From an uncultured Pseudanabaenaceae cyanobacterium (GTDB lineage: Bacteria; Cyanobacteriota; Cyanobacteriia; PCC-9006; JAAUQQ01), in assembly GCA_938002085.1 (NCBI GenBank), contig CALLAT010000066.1, forward strand, positions 8,820 through 72,819: a stretch of DNA of 64,000 bases, given 5' to 3'. The position numbers were made by a program, and so were the translations under genes. The notes beneath the pieces are model-generated. The model was not told where the DNA came from. It saw only the letters and a program-made list of their open reading frames with translations, and did no database searches. Positions 41,511-51,947 of this stretch are shown here, in pieces. Each line of letters begins with the position of its first letter. The first letter of the stretch is position 1.

Positions 41511-42614
41511 CTATAGGCTGCTGACTTTTACAGGCTCCACAGCAGTGGCCTTTTCAGTACCTACCGCAGGGCTAGAGCGACGCTTCATGGGCTTCACGAC
41601 AGAGCCGATGACGGGACCATGAGCTTCTAGCTCTTTGCTGGCTAGAGCATAAGCATCTGCCAAGTCCGCCTCACTAATGTTCGCCTTAGCGAGCTCCTGC
41701 TCCAGAGAGGGAGTGAGGTTATCGGCCTGATGCTCCTTATGGCCACCCCAGCGAATGCCGCAGAATACGTCGTAAACCACACCCCAGAAATCTTTCTTGG
41801 TCTGGAAAATACCCATCTGTTGGGGAGAGCCTTTGGCATCCAAAATATGTTGGGTTGCGTAGTAAGCACTCTGATACTTGTACCAGGGGATCTTTGGCCA
41901 TAGATGATGAATCAGGTGGTAATTCTGACCCATGATTAAAATGTTGAGCAGCTTGCCGGGGTAAACACGAGCATTTTTCCAGCGATCGCGCTCAGCAAAA
42001 GGACGATGGGGCAAGTAATCGAAGAACAATCCCAAGGCCATGCCCACCACCAAAGCAGGGGTGAACCAGTAGTTCATTAAATAAGGCATGAAATCGAACT
42101 GAATCGCGGCAGTCACAATCGCTGCGACTGCAAGACGACCCAGGACCCATTCCAGCAACTCATAGTTGCGCCACAGCTTGCGCCGGAAAAAATAAATCTC
42201 GTGATAGAAGAAACGCGGTGCAATAAGCAGCAGCGGTCCTCCCGTGGAGACAAAATGATCCGGGTCATTTTTCGGATCGTTCACATTGGCGTGGTGCTGC
42301 ATGTGAACGCGAGTGAACACCGGAAATGAAAAGCCCAAGAGCAGGGCACTGGCATGCCCCATCGCTGCATTGAATCGTCGGTCAGGATGAGCCGCATGAT
42401 GAGATGCGTCATGGATAACTGTCCCTGCAAGATGCAAGGCCAGCACGTTCATCGAAAAACAGCACCAATTCATCCAACCCCAGCAGAAGTGGCCGGCCGT
42501 TGCCAGCGCCACAAGGGCAAATGCACCGAGTATCATCCAAACATTGGGATTGAACTTGCCCGGCGGACGCACAAACGCCCTTGGTACCGTCAGGGGCAAT
42601 GAAGCCTCCGACAT
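41511..42614 (-). CDS. crtR: Beta-carotene hydroxylase
   Basis: His boxes HDASH, RVHMQHHANVNDPKNDPDH, NYHLIHH; FDYLPHRPF.ERDRWKNARVY. Confidence 0.95.
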   Translation of the reverse strand: MSEASLPLTVPRAFVRPPGKFNPNVWMILGAFALVALATAGHFCWGWMNWCCFSMNVLALHLAGTVIHDASHHAAHPDRRFNAAMGHASALLLGFSFPVFTRVHMQHHANVNDPKNDPDHFVSTGGPLLLIAPRFFYHEIYFFRRKLWRNYELLEWVLGRLAVAAIVTAAIQFDFMPYLMNYWFTPALVVGMALGLFFDYLPHRPFAERDRWKNARVYPGKLLNILIMGQNYHLIHHLWPKIPWYKYQSAYYATQHILDAKGSPQQMGIFQTKKDFWGVVYDVFCGIRWGGHKEHQADNLTPSLEQELAKANISEADLADAYALASKELEAHGPVIGSVVKPMKRRSSPAVGTEKATAVEPVKVSSL

Positions 42615-42952
42615 TGGTTCACACTCCTTACCACTCGCTACTCGCTAGGGCCCCAAAGACCGAAAAGCGTTCGCCCGAAGATAACACGTGCGAACGGCTC
42701 AACCGCCAAATCTCAAGGCTGCCTGGCATTCTTTCGGTAGTATAAGCCAGTTATTACGAACAATAAAGTTTCCTGACAGAATTCTGATAATTTCGCCGCG
42801 TCCTTCTAAAGGCAGAGAATGCTTTACGGCGTGATTTCTCTAGATTGAGTGCCCATAGGCTAGTTTGTTGCCAATGGTTTGAGGGGGTGCTTGCCCAGTA
42901 AGACCGTATTCGCAAATGTCCCTAATTCCATTAGGACTCAATTGCCTGAGAC

Positions 42953-42994
42953 AAGCAAAAGGGTGATGCAGATTCCTGCATCACCCTTTTGCTT
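42953..42994. terminator. Terminator downstream of tRNA-Leu
   Basis: aagcaaaagggtgatgcag-attc-ctgcatcacccttttgctt. Confidence 0.85.
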
Positions 42995-43047
42995 ACATCT
43001 GATTCACGAGACTAGCTCGTAAGTTTCGTAATCGAAACTAAACCTGA

Positions 43048-43129
43048 TGCGGATGAAGGGACTTGAACCCCCACGCCTTGCGGCACTAGTACCTAAAACT
43101 AGCGCGTCTACCAATTCCGCCACATCCGC
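43048..43129 (-). tRNA. trnL: tRNA-Leu (anticodon UAG), CCA not encoded
   Basis: Reverse complement GCGGATGTGGCGGAATTGGTAGACGCGCTAGTTTTAGGTACTAGTGCCGCAAGGCGTGGGGGTTCAAGTCCCTTCATCCGCA: acceptor stem, D loop, TAG anticodon, long variable arm, GTTCAA T loop. Confidence 0.97.
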
Positions 43130-43228
43130 AGGTCGGAGTACATAGTAACAAATTTCAGCACAAACATTTCCCATGCTCGAAATTTGTCTCGGTCTTCATC
43201 CATCTGCTAAAGGCTGAACTGCCTTTAC

Positions 43229-43825
43229 CTAGGCCCTTTGCAGCACAAACAGACTGCCAGCATTACCTCGATTAATGCGTAGCTCTTGATCCAAGTAGGT
43301 GACATCAATCCAGCCCGGTTGCTCTCGGGGCTTGATCTGAATATCAACTGCAGGTAAGCGCTTGCCTGAGTCCAATGTCTCAATCCACGAGGTGGGTGCT
43401 TGGTAGCCTGCTAAGCCCTGAAGCCCAAAGACGGCCCGTTCGAAGTTGACGTTGAGCCGTTGTCCCGAGACCACCTCAAATTTTGCTACGACACTGACTA
43501 AACCGTTTAAGGACAGGGGGCTCTGGGTTTCGGCAATGTTGTAAACGCGGCTGCCATCTAGACGAATGCATTGGTAAATCTGCCCTAGGTCTAGGAGGGG
43601 AAAGCGGTTGATACCCAGTAGCTCTGTGCTGGTGGTGTAGAGCAAGCGCCAGTCCCCATTGAGTAAGTCTCCCGCAGTGGTGGGGTCGGGGGTGGGGTTG
43701 CGTTCTTCTAGGCGAGTCGCGGCGGCCAGGATGGCGCTGCGCTGCTCTGATGATGCCAAGATGCCGCGGTTGGTCGGGGCGATCGCAGCGAGTAAATCTT
43801 CCTTACCGAGCATGGGCGTCTCCAA
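43229..43825 (-). CDS. PAP/fibrillin family protein
   Basis: LE..NPTP.P, LNGDWRLLYTTS, IYQCI, IDVTYLDQELRINRGNAGSLFV. Confidence 0.93.
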   Translation of the reverse strand: METPMLGKEDLLAAIAPTNRGILASSEQRSAILAAATRLEERNPTPDPTTAGDLLNGDWRLLYTTSTELLGINRFPLLDLGQIYQCIRLDGSRVYNIAETQSPLSLNGLVSVVAKFEVVSGQRLNVNFERAVFGLQGLAGYQAPTSWIETLDSGKRLPAVDIQIKPREQPGWIDVTYLDQELRINRGNAGSLFVLQRA

Positions 43826-44127
43826 AAAACATCAGGGGTGGGTTGCGAAGAGAGGGGTAACCATCTGAATTGTCATGAAGCAATCAATTCAGGTGACATC
43901 CTCGAAAGCTGGAAGCGCAAGGGCTGAGGTTTTCAACTATGATGGGGAACGCTGTACCGTCAGATTTGCAAGTTATTGGTCTGACAGAAAACATCGCAAG
44001 GTGTCAGGTGCGAATGGGAAATCTAGCCCAATATTAAGGCTTAGGTTTACAGGTTAGTTAATCCTGCCCTAACTCCACTTGTCCTTGTGACTTAAGAACC
44101 GTTGAGTTTCGAAGGAATCCCCCGACG

Positions 44128-44361
44128 ATGGAAAATCCGTCTCTAAGAGGAGAGCCCCGCTATCAGCAGGCTCCTCTACTCCCCTCCGCTGGCGAACCCT
44201 CTATTTTGGACTGGTTGGAAAAGAGTGGCCGTCTGATCGCCCGTGAAAGCGACGATACCAAGAAGCTAGATGCTGAAGAGGAAGAAATTGCAGCATTGAT
44301 GGGTGGCGATGACGCCAAGTTTGAAGAGGAGGAGGAGGACGATTTTGATGACGAAGATTAG
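44128..44361 (+). CDS. DUF3134-like small protein
   Basis: NPSLR.EPR, SILDWLEKSGRLIAR and acidic tail; position between fibrillin and mraY as recalled for cyanobacteria. Confidence 0.8.
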   Translation: MENPSLRGEPRYQQAPLLPSAGEPSILDWLEKSGRLIARESDDTKKLDAEEEEIAALMGGDDAKFEEEEEDDFDDED

Positions 44362-44452
44362 TAATCAGAGTCATTTCTAGTTCACTTCGGTCTATTGAGT
44401 GAGACTCATGGCTTAGGTGTTGCTACCAGTAACTTCAATGGCTGGCTTGTCA

Positions 44453-44492
44453 AAAGAGGGGATGGAATGCGATCGCATTCCATCCCCTCTTT
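44453..44492. repeat. 40-bp perfect palindrome centred on HIP1; probable terminator
   Basis: aaagaggggatggaatGCGA|TCGCattccatcccctcttt, no spacer. Confidence 0.9.
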
Positions 44493-44976
44493 CTTTGGAT
44501 CCTGATGGCCCGGTAGGAAGTCGGACTCCCAAAAATTGAGATAGTCACGTTAAGTTCGCCTCAATATTCAATCTTTCTTCAAGCCTAGAGACCGTTGAAA
44601 TGGACGTACAGCTCTGGGGTATGACTGCGGGAGCGTCTACAACCAGCTTCCAAATTGGCCCAAGGTTCCAGTAATTATTCCCTGACTAAATTAACGGCTT
44701 GTTCCCTAGAACGCTTCCTCCATAACTCGTGGAGTCGATCCGTGAACTCGCCTGGCTCAGAATGACACAACAATTTAGAGCGATAAATCATACCGGCCTA
44801 TTGGGTTAACTCGGTGCATCCAAACTGGCAATGGTACGAAAAGCCACAAACAAGAATGTCAGCTCAAAAGCTGACAAAGCGGGGGTTTTACGATAATTTT
44901 GGTCAAGCTAGGGATAGGTTTATTTACAGACCAACCCTCTAATGTGTGTTGTGGTGATTGAGGAACAGATTGAGTT

Positions 44977-46098
44977 GTGGATGCAAAATATTTGTCAGTT
45001 CCAGAAAAAATAAGTTTCACCGGCAGTAAGCTGCTCTGGAGCCTAACGGGCTGTTTATGCTTGTCTGCTCTGATGCTGGATTTGGTCGCGGGTCGCTCTC
45101 CTGCTAGTTTGTCTAGCCTGTTCCTCCCCTTGGTCGCCTGCACCATTCTGTCCGGTCTCTTGGGGTATTGGGTCATTCCCATTCTTCGCAATCTTAAGGC
45201 GGGTCAGTTTATTCGTGAAGATGGACCCCAGGCTCATTTGAAGAAAGCCGGCACCCCGACGATGGGGGGCATTTTTGTTGTTCCGGTTGCTGCGATATTT
45301 TCCCTACTGGCTACGGGCTTTGCGCCTGTAGCCATCGCAGCCTCTGGCTTGATGCTGGCCTTCGGGTTCATCGGTTGGGTGGATGATTGGCAAATTCTTC
45401 GCTACCGCTCTAATAAGGGAATTTCTCCCCGGATGAAGCTCTTGCTTCAGGTCGCTTTCGGTTCTTTATTTTGCTTTTGGCTGGCATCGAGTGCTGGCAT
45501 CGAGAATGTCACCAGCGTTTCCCTGCCTCTAGGCATCATCATTCCTTTCGGGTTGCTGTTTTGGCCCCTGGCATTGTTTGTCATGATGGCTGAAAGCAAT
45601 GCCACCAACCTCACCGATGGCGTCGATGGATTGGCGGCTGGCACTGGAGCGATCGCTCTCTTGGGTCTGGGTGCTTTTGTCGGCTCCCCTGCTGCTGATG
45701 GCATTGTTCAGTTTCCTGAGCTGATGACTTTTGCTGCAGCGACGAGCGGTAGCTATCTGGGCTTCCTTATCCATAACCGCAATCCCGCCCGCGTGTTTAT
45801 GGGAGATACGGGGTCTCTGGCCCTGGGTGGTGCGTTGGCCGCGATCGCTCTCATTGGCAACCTGCTTTGGGTTTTGCTAGTTATCGGCGGTCTATTCTTG
45901 GCTGAATCCCTCTCTGTAATTGCTCAGGTGGGCTATTACAAGGCAACTAAGGGGCCCGATGGTGTAGGTAAGCGTCTTTTCAAAATGGCTCCTTTGCACC
46001 ACCATCTAGAGCTGAGTGGTTGGCATGAAACTCGCGTTGTTGCCACTTTCTATGGCATTGCAATTGGCTTAGCTGGTCTCTGTTACCTCGTTCACTAG
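44977..46098 (+). CDS. mraY: Phospho-N-acetylmuramoyl-pentapeptide transferase
   Basis: GQFIREDGPQAH.KKAGTPTMGG, GWVDD, SNATNLTDGVDGLA, VFMGDTGSLALGG, MAPLHHHLE. Confidence 0.97.
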   Translation: MDAKYLSVPEKISFTGSKLLWSLTGCLCLSALMLDLVAGRSPASLSSLFLPLVACTILSGLLGYWVIPILRNLKAGQFIREDGPQAHLKKAGTPTMGGIFVVPVAAIFSLLATGFAPVAIAASGLMLAFGFIGWVDDWQILRYRSNKGISPRMKLLLQVAFGSLFCFWLASSAGIENVTSVSLPLGIIIPFGLLFWPLALFVMMAESNATNLTDGVDGLAAGTGAIALLGLGAFVGSPAADGIVQFPELMTFAAATSGSYLGFLIHNRNPARVFMGDTGSLALGGALAAIALIGNLLWVLLVIGGLFLAESLSVIAQVGYYKATKGPDGVGKRLFKMAPLHHHLELSGWHETRVVATFYGIAIGLAGLCYLVH

Positions 46099-46118
46099 CG
46101 ATAGTTTTCTCATTCACC

Positions 46119-46164
46119 CAAAAGCGAAGCCCCAAAGAGCTCTCTCTTTGGGGCTTCGCTTTTG
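46119..46164. terminator. Bidirectional terminator (21-bp stem)
   Basis: caaaagcgaagccccaaagag-ctct-ctctttggggcttcgcttttg. Confidence 0.9.
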
Positions 46165-46182
46165 TTTTGGCTGTATTGATGA

Positions 46183-46791
46183 CTAAGCCAATACACCGTT
46201 CAAAAACACATCGGATAGGCCCACAGCCATATCCTGAAGAATCTGGGGGGAAGGGTTTGATTCCATGACCGTGACCTCACTAAACCCAGCCACCATAAAC
46301 ATGCCTAGGAAAATACGAGCAATGACCTTAGGATTCATCGGTCGATAAATGCCTCGATCAATGGCTGTTTGGAAGAAAGCCTCTGAAACAACCATCATTT
46401 TGTCGAGCACCTCCCGCTGGATCCGTTCCTGAAGCTCTGGATGGAATTGCGTTTCCATGAAACAGACCCGCAACTGATCTGTATTCTCGCTCAGATGTTT
46501 GATGCGCTTACGCATGACTTCCTCCACGGCCTTGTAGCTGCTCATTTCGCTCAGCTCTGTTAACAGGTCCGTCAGGATCTCAATCCACCCCTCGGTGGAA
46601 AGCTCGACGAGGATGGCCTTCTTGTTCGGGAAATGTCGAAATAGCGTCCCTTCGGCCACTCCCGCAGCCTGGGCTAGGTCGCGAGTAGTCGTACCGTCAT
46701 AGCCGTAGCGGGAAAATAGCTGCTGGGCTGCTTTCAAGATACGAGTCTTGGTTTCAGCTTCGGGAGGGGCAGTACGGCGGGCAAGTCTCAT
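46183..46791 (-). CDS. TetR/AcrR family transcriptional regulator
   Basis: TKTRILKAAQQLF...GYDGTTTRDLAQAAGVAEGTLFRHFPNK HTH. Confidence 0.95.
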   Translation of the reverse strand: MRLARRTAPPEAETKTRILKAAQQLFSRYGYDGTTTRDLAQAAGVAEGTLFRHFPNKKAILVELSTEGWIEILTDLLTELSEMSSYKAVEEVMRKRIKHLSENTDQLRVCFMETQFHPELQERIQREVLDKMMVVSEAFFQTAIDRGIYRPMNPKVIARIFLGMFMVAGFSEVTVMESNPSPQILQDMAVGLSDVFLNGVLA

Positions 46792-47632
46792 GGCTAAGCA
46801 GCCTCAGTAGCGGTCAGGGTAAGCGCACAACAAGTCTTGAAAGGTGCCTGTTCATCCAAAAATTCCAGAGTTCTAGGTATTAGATATACCTTTTACTCCA
46901 TCACCTAAGGATTTACAGGGAAAGCCGGTTTCAGTCAGACTTAAAGACTGCCGGTGAGGAGTCTGCAAGCGCCCTAACTGGAAAATTGCTAGGTCACTGC
47001 TATACCTGAGGTTGCTCAGCTCTGAGAGCCCACGCCAAGCCACCCTCTTTGATGCCCCCATTGTTGCCTACCCCCCGGAGTACCATCCCCCTGGGTTCAT
47101 AGAACCTTACACTTATACCCATTCCTGTACATTCGCCTTGTTTAGGTTTACGAAGGCTTGCGTTATTGACAGTTACTAGGGTCGATTTTTTCCTGCAGAA
47201 GCTCAGGGAAATGTGGTTTTAGACCACTCGTTCCAAGCATTTTGAACTCGATTTTGGTTGAATCTTTCCGGTTTAAGGTCGTGTTTCTCTAGATCCCATA
47301 GCAATGCTTTAGATAGGGATTGAGGAGAAAGATTGCTTCTTCATGATGATGGTGGAGCTCAGTTACATCCTGAGACAAATTCTGGTGAGTCAAGATGTTA
47401 GGTCTGGGGTTAGCTCGTTTGTGATTCTAGAGCTCGGAGCAGAGAGAGGCGATCGCTGAAAAACAGTCATTATTTTCTCTCTCAACAAACTCCTAACCTA
47501 GTCTTCATCGGTATTCCCGCAAAACCACTTAAATACGTATTAAATTTCTATTCCTTGAAGTCTGCCTTCAGAGTTAGGGCACCTTAAGAACGTGCTCTGC
47601 TGCTTGGACTTCGTAATCATGATGACACCGCT

Positions 47633-49129
47633 ATGGAAACGCAGCCTCTTCACGCAAGGGAGTCGCTAGACCTCGAGCTTGGCCAATACTTCGATTTACT
47701 TCGCCGTAAGTGGCTTGTGCTTGCCCTCATTTGGGGGGGGACCTTCGGCATTGCGGTGGGAGCAGCCTTACTTAAGGCTCCCAGCTACCAAGCATCCTCG
47801 AAAGTCTTAGTCAAAGTCGACCAAACCGCTTCCCTCACTGGAATCGGCAAAGGGGTTGGAGATATCAACTCCATTGCCAAAAATCCCCTGAGTACGGAAA
47901 TTGAAATTATCCTCGCCTCTCCCACGCTGGAGCGTGTGATTGGAACATTAGATTTGAAGGACGAAGAGGGCAAGACCCTCAAACCTAAGGATCTGCGCCA
48001 GAACCTGGATGTCAAGGTTGCCGGTGGTGCTGATGTCATTGAGATGAGCTACGAAGCTAAGGAGGCTCAGCTAGCAGCTGATGTGGTGGATGAGCTATCC
48101 CGCGTTTACATTGAAAGCAATATTCTCGATAACCAGCTCCAAGCTTCTAAGGCTAGGTTGCTGACCGAGCAACAGCTTCCTGAAAGCGAACGCTTTGTCC
48201 AGCAGTCTGAGGCTTCTCTGCGGGATTTCAAAGAAAGTAATGGTATTGTCTCTCTCCAGGATGAGGCAAAGTCTGTCGTCCTGGCTCTGCAGGAACTAGA
48301 TAGCCAAATTCTGCAAGCTCAATCTGGGCTGGAAGAAGCAAAGAGTCGATCTAGTAAATTGCGTGAAACCTTGGGATTAAGCCTGTCCCAAGCCATGTTG
48401 GCCAGCGACCTCAGTCAATCGCCCGCCGTACAAAACGCATTGCTGGAACTCCAGGCTTTGGAGCGCGATAAAGCCGTGAAGTTAGGGACCTACACCAGCC
48501 TCAGCCCTGTCATTCAAGTGGCTAGTGCAGAGGAGGAGTCCTTGAAGCAGCTCTTGCGTCAGGAAATTGCTGGGGTGGTCGGTAATACAACTGAGGTGCC
48601 CGATCGCTTTTTGCAGATGGGGCCCATGCGCCAGGATCTCATCGCTCGATTTGCCGATGCCGAGGTGCAACGCTTAGCGTTTCAAAATCGACTACAGATT
48701 TTGTCTGACTCTCGTAGCCTTTATAGCGGCCGCGCCACCAGCATTCCGGGCTTGGAGCAGCAACAAAAGGAGTTGGAACGGACCCAGGAAGTCGCTCGTC
48801 AGAGTTACCAGGAGAATCTACGGCGTTTGCGAGATTTGCAAGTAGCCGAGGAACAGTCCATTGGCAATGCTGTTTTGCTGGAGCCTGCTGCGGTGGCTGA
48901 CGAGCCGGATCGCACAGAGCAGCAAGTCATAATGGGATTTGGTGGGCTAGCTGGGGCGCTATTGGCGGCAGCAGCAGCAGCCTTGATGGCCTTTGGGGAA
49001 AGTAATCGTAGCCGTCGCCAGGCCCAAGGTGGGATTTATGTACCACCGCCTATTCCTTCAAATGGTGGAGCTCTTCCCCCTGGTAATTCAACCAGTCCTA
49101 GAGGTACTAGCCCTGAAGGGGCTGTCTGA
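47633..49129 (+). CDS. GumC/Wzc-like polysaccharide co-polymerase without the C-terminal tyrosine-kinase domain
   Basis: N-terminal TM, P.YQASSKVLV, TEIEII, long coiled coil, second TM, then only a short Pro-rich tail; no Walker A motif. Confidence 0.85.
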   Translation: METQPLHARESLDLELGQYFDLLRRKWLVLALIWGGTFGIAVGAALLKAPSYQASSKVLVKVDQTASLTGIGKGVGDINSIAKNPLSTEIEIILASPTLERVIGTLDLKDEEGKTLKPKDLRQNLDVKVAGGADVIEMSYEAKEAQLAADVVDELSRVYIESNILDNQLQASKARLLTEQQLPESERFVQQSEASLRDFKESNGIVSLQDEAKSVVLALQELDSQILQAQSGLEEAKSRSSKLRETLGLSLSQAMLASDLSQSPAVQNALLELQALERDKAVKLGTYTSLSPVIQVASAEEESLKQLLRQEIAGVVGNTTEVPDRFLQMGPMRQDLIARFADAEVQRLAFQNRLQILSDSRSLYSGRATSIPGLEQQQKELERTQEVARQSYQENLRRLRDLQVAEEQSIGNAVLLEPAAVADEPDRTEQQVIMGFGGLAGALLAAAAAALMAFGESNRSRRQAQGGIYVPPPIPSNGGALPPGNSTSPRGTSPEGAV

Positions 49130-49443
49130 ATTCAACCCTTTGATGGGTTGACCATTTGTTGATGGGTCTTAGGTTGTAGGCCCATGGTGGTTCCCTGGTT
49201 GAGGGTGGGCCTGATGCCTGTTAAAGCGCGAAAAGCCCTAGTGTATCTTCTGCACCGGAGCTTTTCGCGCTTATTTTCGTGGCTAATGTGGTTCCAGTGA
49301 TTGTCTTCGTCAATGGGGAGTCTGTTTCGATTTCAAGGCCTAGTGGCGATCTCCTCGATTTTCTGTGAGTGAACAGTCGTTCGCTTCTATCGTTCAATTG
49401 CTTGAAGAGCAGTTGGGGGAAGGAATGGGGGTGTTATGACGAC

Positions 49444-49474
49444 AAAGCCCCACCCAGATTCTGGGTGGGGCTTT
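49444..49474. terminator. Terminator downstream of the minus-strand GT4 gene
   Basis: aaagccccacccag-att-ctgggtggggcttt. Confidence 0.75.
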
Positions 49475-49508
49475 TCTGTTGGTCTGGTTTTGCTGCGTGC
49501 TACGGCAT

Positions 49509-50747
49509 TTAAGCGTGACTAGGGGCAGAAGAATTTGTAGGAGAGCGATCGCGCTCCAGGATTTCCTCGAGCTGTTGCACCAACCGTTCCACCCGAGGCA
49601 ACCCGAATGCCTCATCAATTAACTGGCGTCGTTCTGCTTTGGCTGGTTCCTCTACGTTTTCGGTGAAGCAGTCCAAGACTCGGTCGGCGAAAGACTGGGC
49701 ATCTGCAGCTAGATAAAACAGAGACTTGACGGAGTCTGGTAATCCATAGATGCCTTTATCCAGGGAAACGATGGGCTTATAGGTTGCCAACATATCAATG
49801 GACTTGATGCTGACTCCGCCCCCCACTGCAATAGGGTTCACTAAAACCCGGCCAGCGTTATAGATTTCTGCTGCGGACTCTGGATTGATTCTCAGCTCAA
49901 CGCAGTCAATGCGATCGCAGAGCTCTCGAATGATTGGTCGTGGCTTGGAACCTGCAATGAGCACAGAGAGATCAGGCTTCTGAGCCTGGAGCAATGGCAC
50001 CACATCGCTCAAGAACCAGCGGATGCCTTCCACATTGTTATCTGTGTATAGATTGCCGAGGAACACAATATCAAAGGTCTCAGTTCCGGCTGTGGAAGGA
50101 GCATCTTCTTGCTCTGCATGGGCTAGAGGCGGTAAGAAATAGCCGTTTTCAAAGCCCTCCTCCTTCCAAAAATCTAAGTCATCCACAGAGATGTCAAAGA
50201 AGGCTAATGCATTCTGAAACGTAGAGAACTCGAGCTCCTTCAGATTCCTGACTGTTAGGAATGCAGGTAATTTCTGCTTGCCTGTGGCGGCTCTGAATAA
50301 TGCATCTCGGTGCTGATGCTCAATATTGTGAGAGCGAACGACATAGGGGATATTTAGCTGGGCCGAGAGCTGCTGAGCCAAAGCTGCTGCATGGATACCG
50401 TCAATGAGCAGTAGGTCGGGTTGGAAGTGCTGGACCTTTTCACTCAGCTGACTAAATTGCGTCTCATTGAGCCTACGCGACGTAATGCCCAGAGGATTCT
50501 GCAATAGGTCCACACTGCGACGTAGAAAAGACGAGAACGTTTTCCCGGTGAAATCCAGGAGTTGGAGATCGCTAACAGAATCTTGAAGTTTGGCTAGGTC
50601 TGCTGTCTTGGGGGCTTCTGCTTTCCAGCATACGAGTTGGGTTTCAACTCCCAGTTTTTTGAAGGCTTCTATGCGTCTCCAAATATCAACCCTGCCCCCA
50701 TGGATAGGAGGATAGGGGATTTCCATGGCGATGATAGTAAGCTTCAT
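49509..50747 (-). CDS. Glycosyltransferase, GT4-like (GT-B fold)
   Basis: PYPPIHGG, SHNIEH, FLGNL...NVEGIRWF, NPI..GGGVSIK. Confidence 0.85.
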   Translation of the reverse strand: MKLTIIAMEIPYPPIHGGRVDIWRRIEAFKKLGVETQLVCWKAEAPKTADLAKLQDSVSDLQLLDFTGKTFSSFLRRSVDLLQNPLGITSRRLNETQFSQLSEKVQHFQPDLLLIDGIHAAALAQQLSAQLNIPYVVRSHNIEHQHRDALFRAATGKQKLPAFLTVRNLKELEFSTFQNALAFFDISVDDLDFWKEEGFENGYFLPPLAHAEQEDAPSTAGTETFDIVFLGNLYTDNNVEGIRWFLSDVVPLLQAQKPDLSVLIAGSKPRPIIRELCDRIDCVELRINPESAAEIYNAGRVLVNPIAVGGGVSIKSIDMLATYKPIVSLDKGIYGLPDSVKSLFYLAADAQSFADRVLDCFTENVEEPAKAERRQLIDEAFGLPRVERLVQQLEEILERDRSPTNSSAPSHA

Positions 50748-51494
50748 AGCTGCCTAAAGCTGTTTTCCTTATACAAGAGATGAAAGTTGCACTGGCTATG
50801 ACTCATCGCTGTGATGAGTGCGGTGCTTTCACGATTGGATTGATGGAAGATGCAGCTAACAGGACTAGGAGACCATTCAGGAGGCTGTCCATAGAGATTT
50901 AGGCCCATAGTCTTAAGAATAGGATTCCCGCAGCAGTGGTTGAATCAGCCAGCGAGTCGTCACTCATTAAATAGGTATCTGACTCAGAAGTCTTTGGGCT
51001 TTGGCAGAAGAATAGAACTGACAACTTCAAGGGCATTAATGATTCGATTCGCTTTTGAATTACCTGAACTATTTCCTTTGGTAGAAATGGTTCAGGTTTG
51101 ACCTAGCTTCTGAAGTATTCCCTCGTACTTATACTGGCTTGATACTTTTTGTTGAGAGGAGCTAAAAGACTTCGTTCGGTCGATCTTGCGTAGACTTTCT
51201 AGCTTTTGAAATCCTATATAAGAAAGTAATTCAAACTGCGCGAGATTCGATAAAAACGAAATAAAGTATCAGTGATTCGCTGTACATCAAATTACTGAAG
51301 CGAGTAGCTTAGGCACATGAGTTCAGCGGTAACAGTCGAGGCGTAAAGCACGCCTGTATATGGAACCCTGGTCTCTCACTCCTAGCCTTTCTCGTTGTAG
51401 AAGCTTTGTTGCTCCAGTGAGTTAAGCGCTAGGCATTGAGTCATTGAGAAGCGGTGTATTTACCAAGCAGTTTCTTCTCCCTAGACTTCAAGCC

Positions 51495-51947
51495 ATGAAA
51501 TTTTTACTGGCCTGTACATCCGGCGGTCACTTTTCCACAATGAAATCCCTTGAGGATTTTTGGTCTAGCCATGACCGAGTTTGGGTGACCGACTATAAGC
51601 AAGACACTCAAGCACTTAAGGATCGGGGAGAAGTTGTGGACTGGATGCCTTACCAGGCTCCCCGAGATGTGTTGACTTTAGTTTGTAACTTGCCTCGTAC
51701 TTTTGCACTTCTACGGAAGCATAAGCCTGACGTTGTCATTTCTACAGGGGCGAGTATGGCAATTAACTTTGCGATTGCAGCTCGAATTCTGGGAATCCGA
51801 TTCATGTTTATCGAGAGTGTTTCCCGCTCAGAAGAATTGAGTATTTCGGGCAAGCTAGTCTATCCCCTAGCCAACGAGTTTTATGTGCAGTGGCCTCAGC
51901 TTTGTAAGCGTTACCCCAAGGCTATCTTTCAAGGCACTGTGGCTTGA
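51495..51947 (+). CDS. pssD: PssD/Cps14F (Alg14-like) glycosyltransferase subunit
   Basis: LACTSGGH, KPDVVISTGA, FIESVSR...LS.SGKLVY, FYVQWP; ATG at 51495. Confidence 0.9.
   Translation: MKFLLACTSGGHFSTMKSLEDFWSSHDRVWVTDYKQDTQALKDRGEVVDWMPYQAPRDVLTLVCNLPRTFALLRKHKPDVVISTGASMAINFAIAARILGIRFMFIESVSRSEELSISGKLVYPLANEFYVQWPQLCKRYPKAIFQGTVA

Noticed and set aside
43048-43129. tRNA-Leu as an island or prophage integration site
   Set aside because: No integrase, no duplicated tRNA 3' end seen, and flanking genes are core cyanobacterial genes
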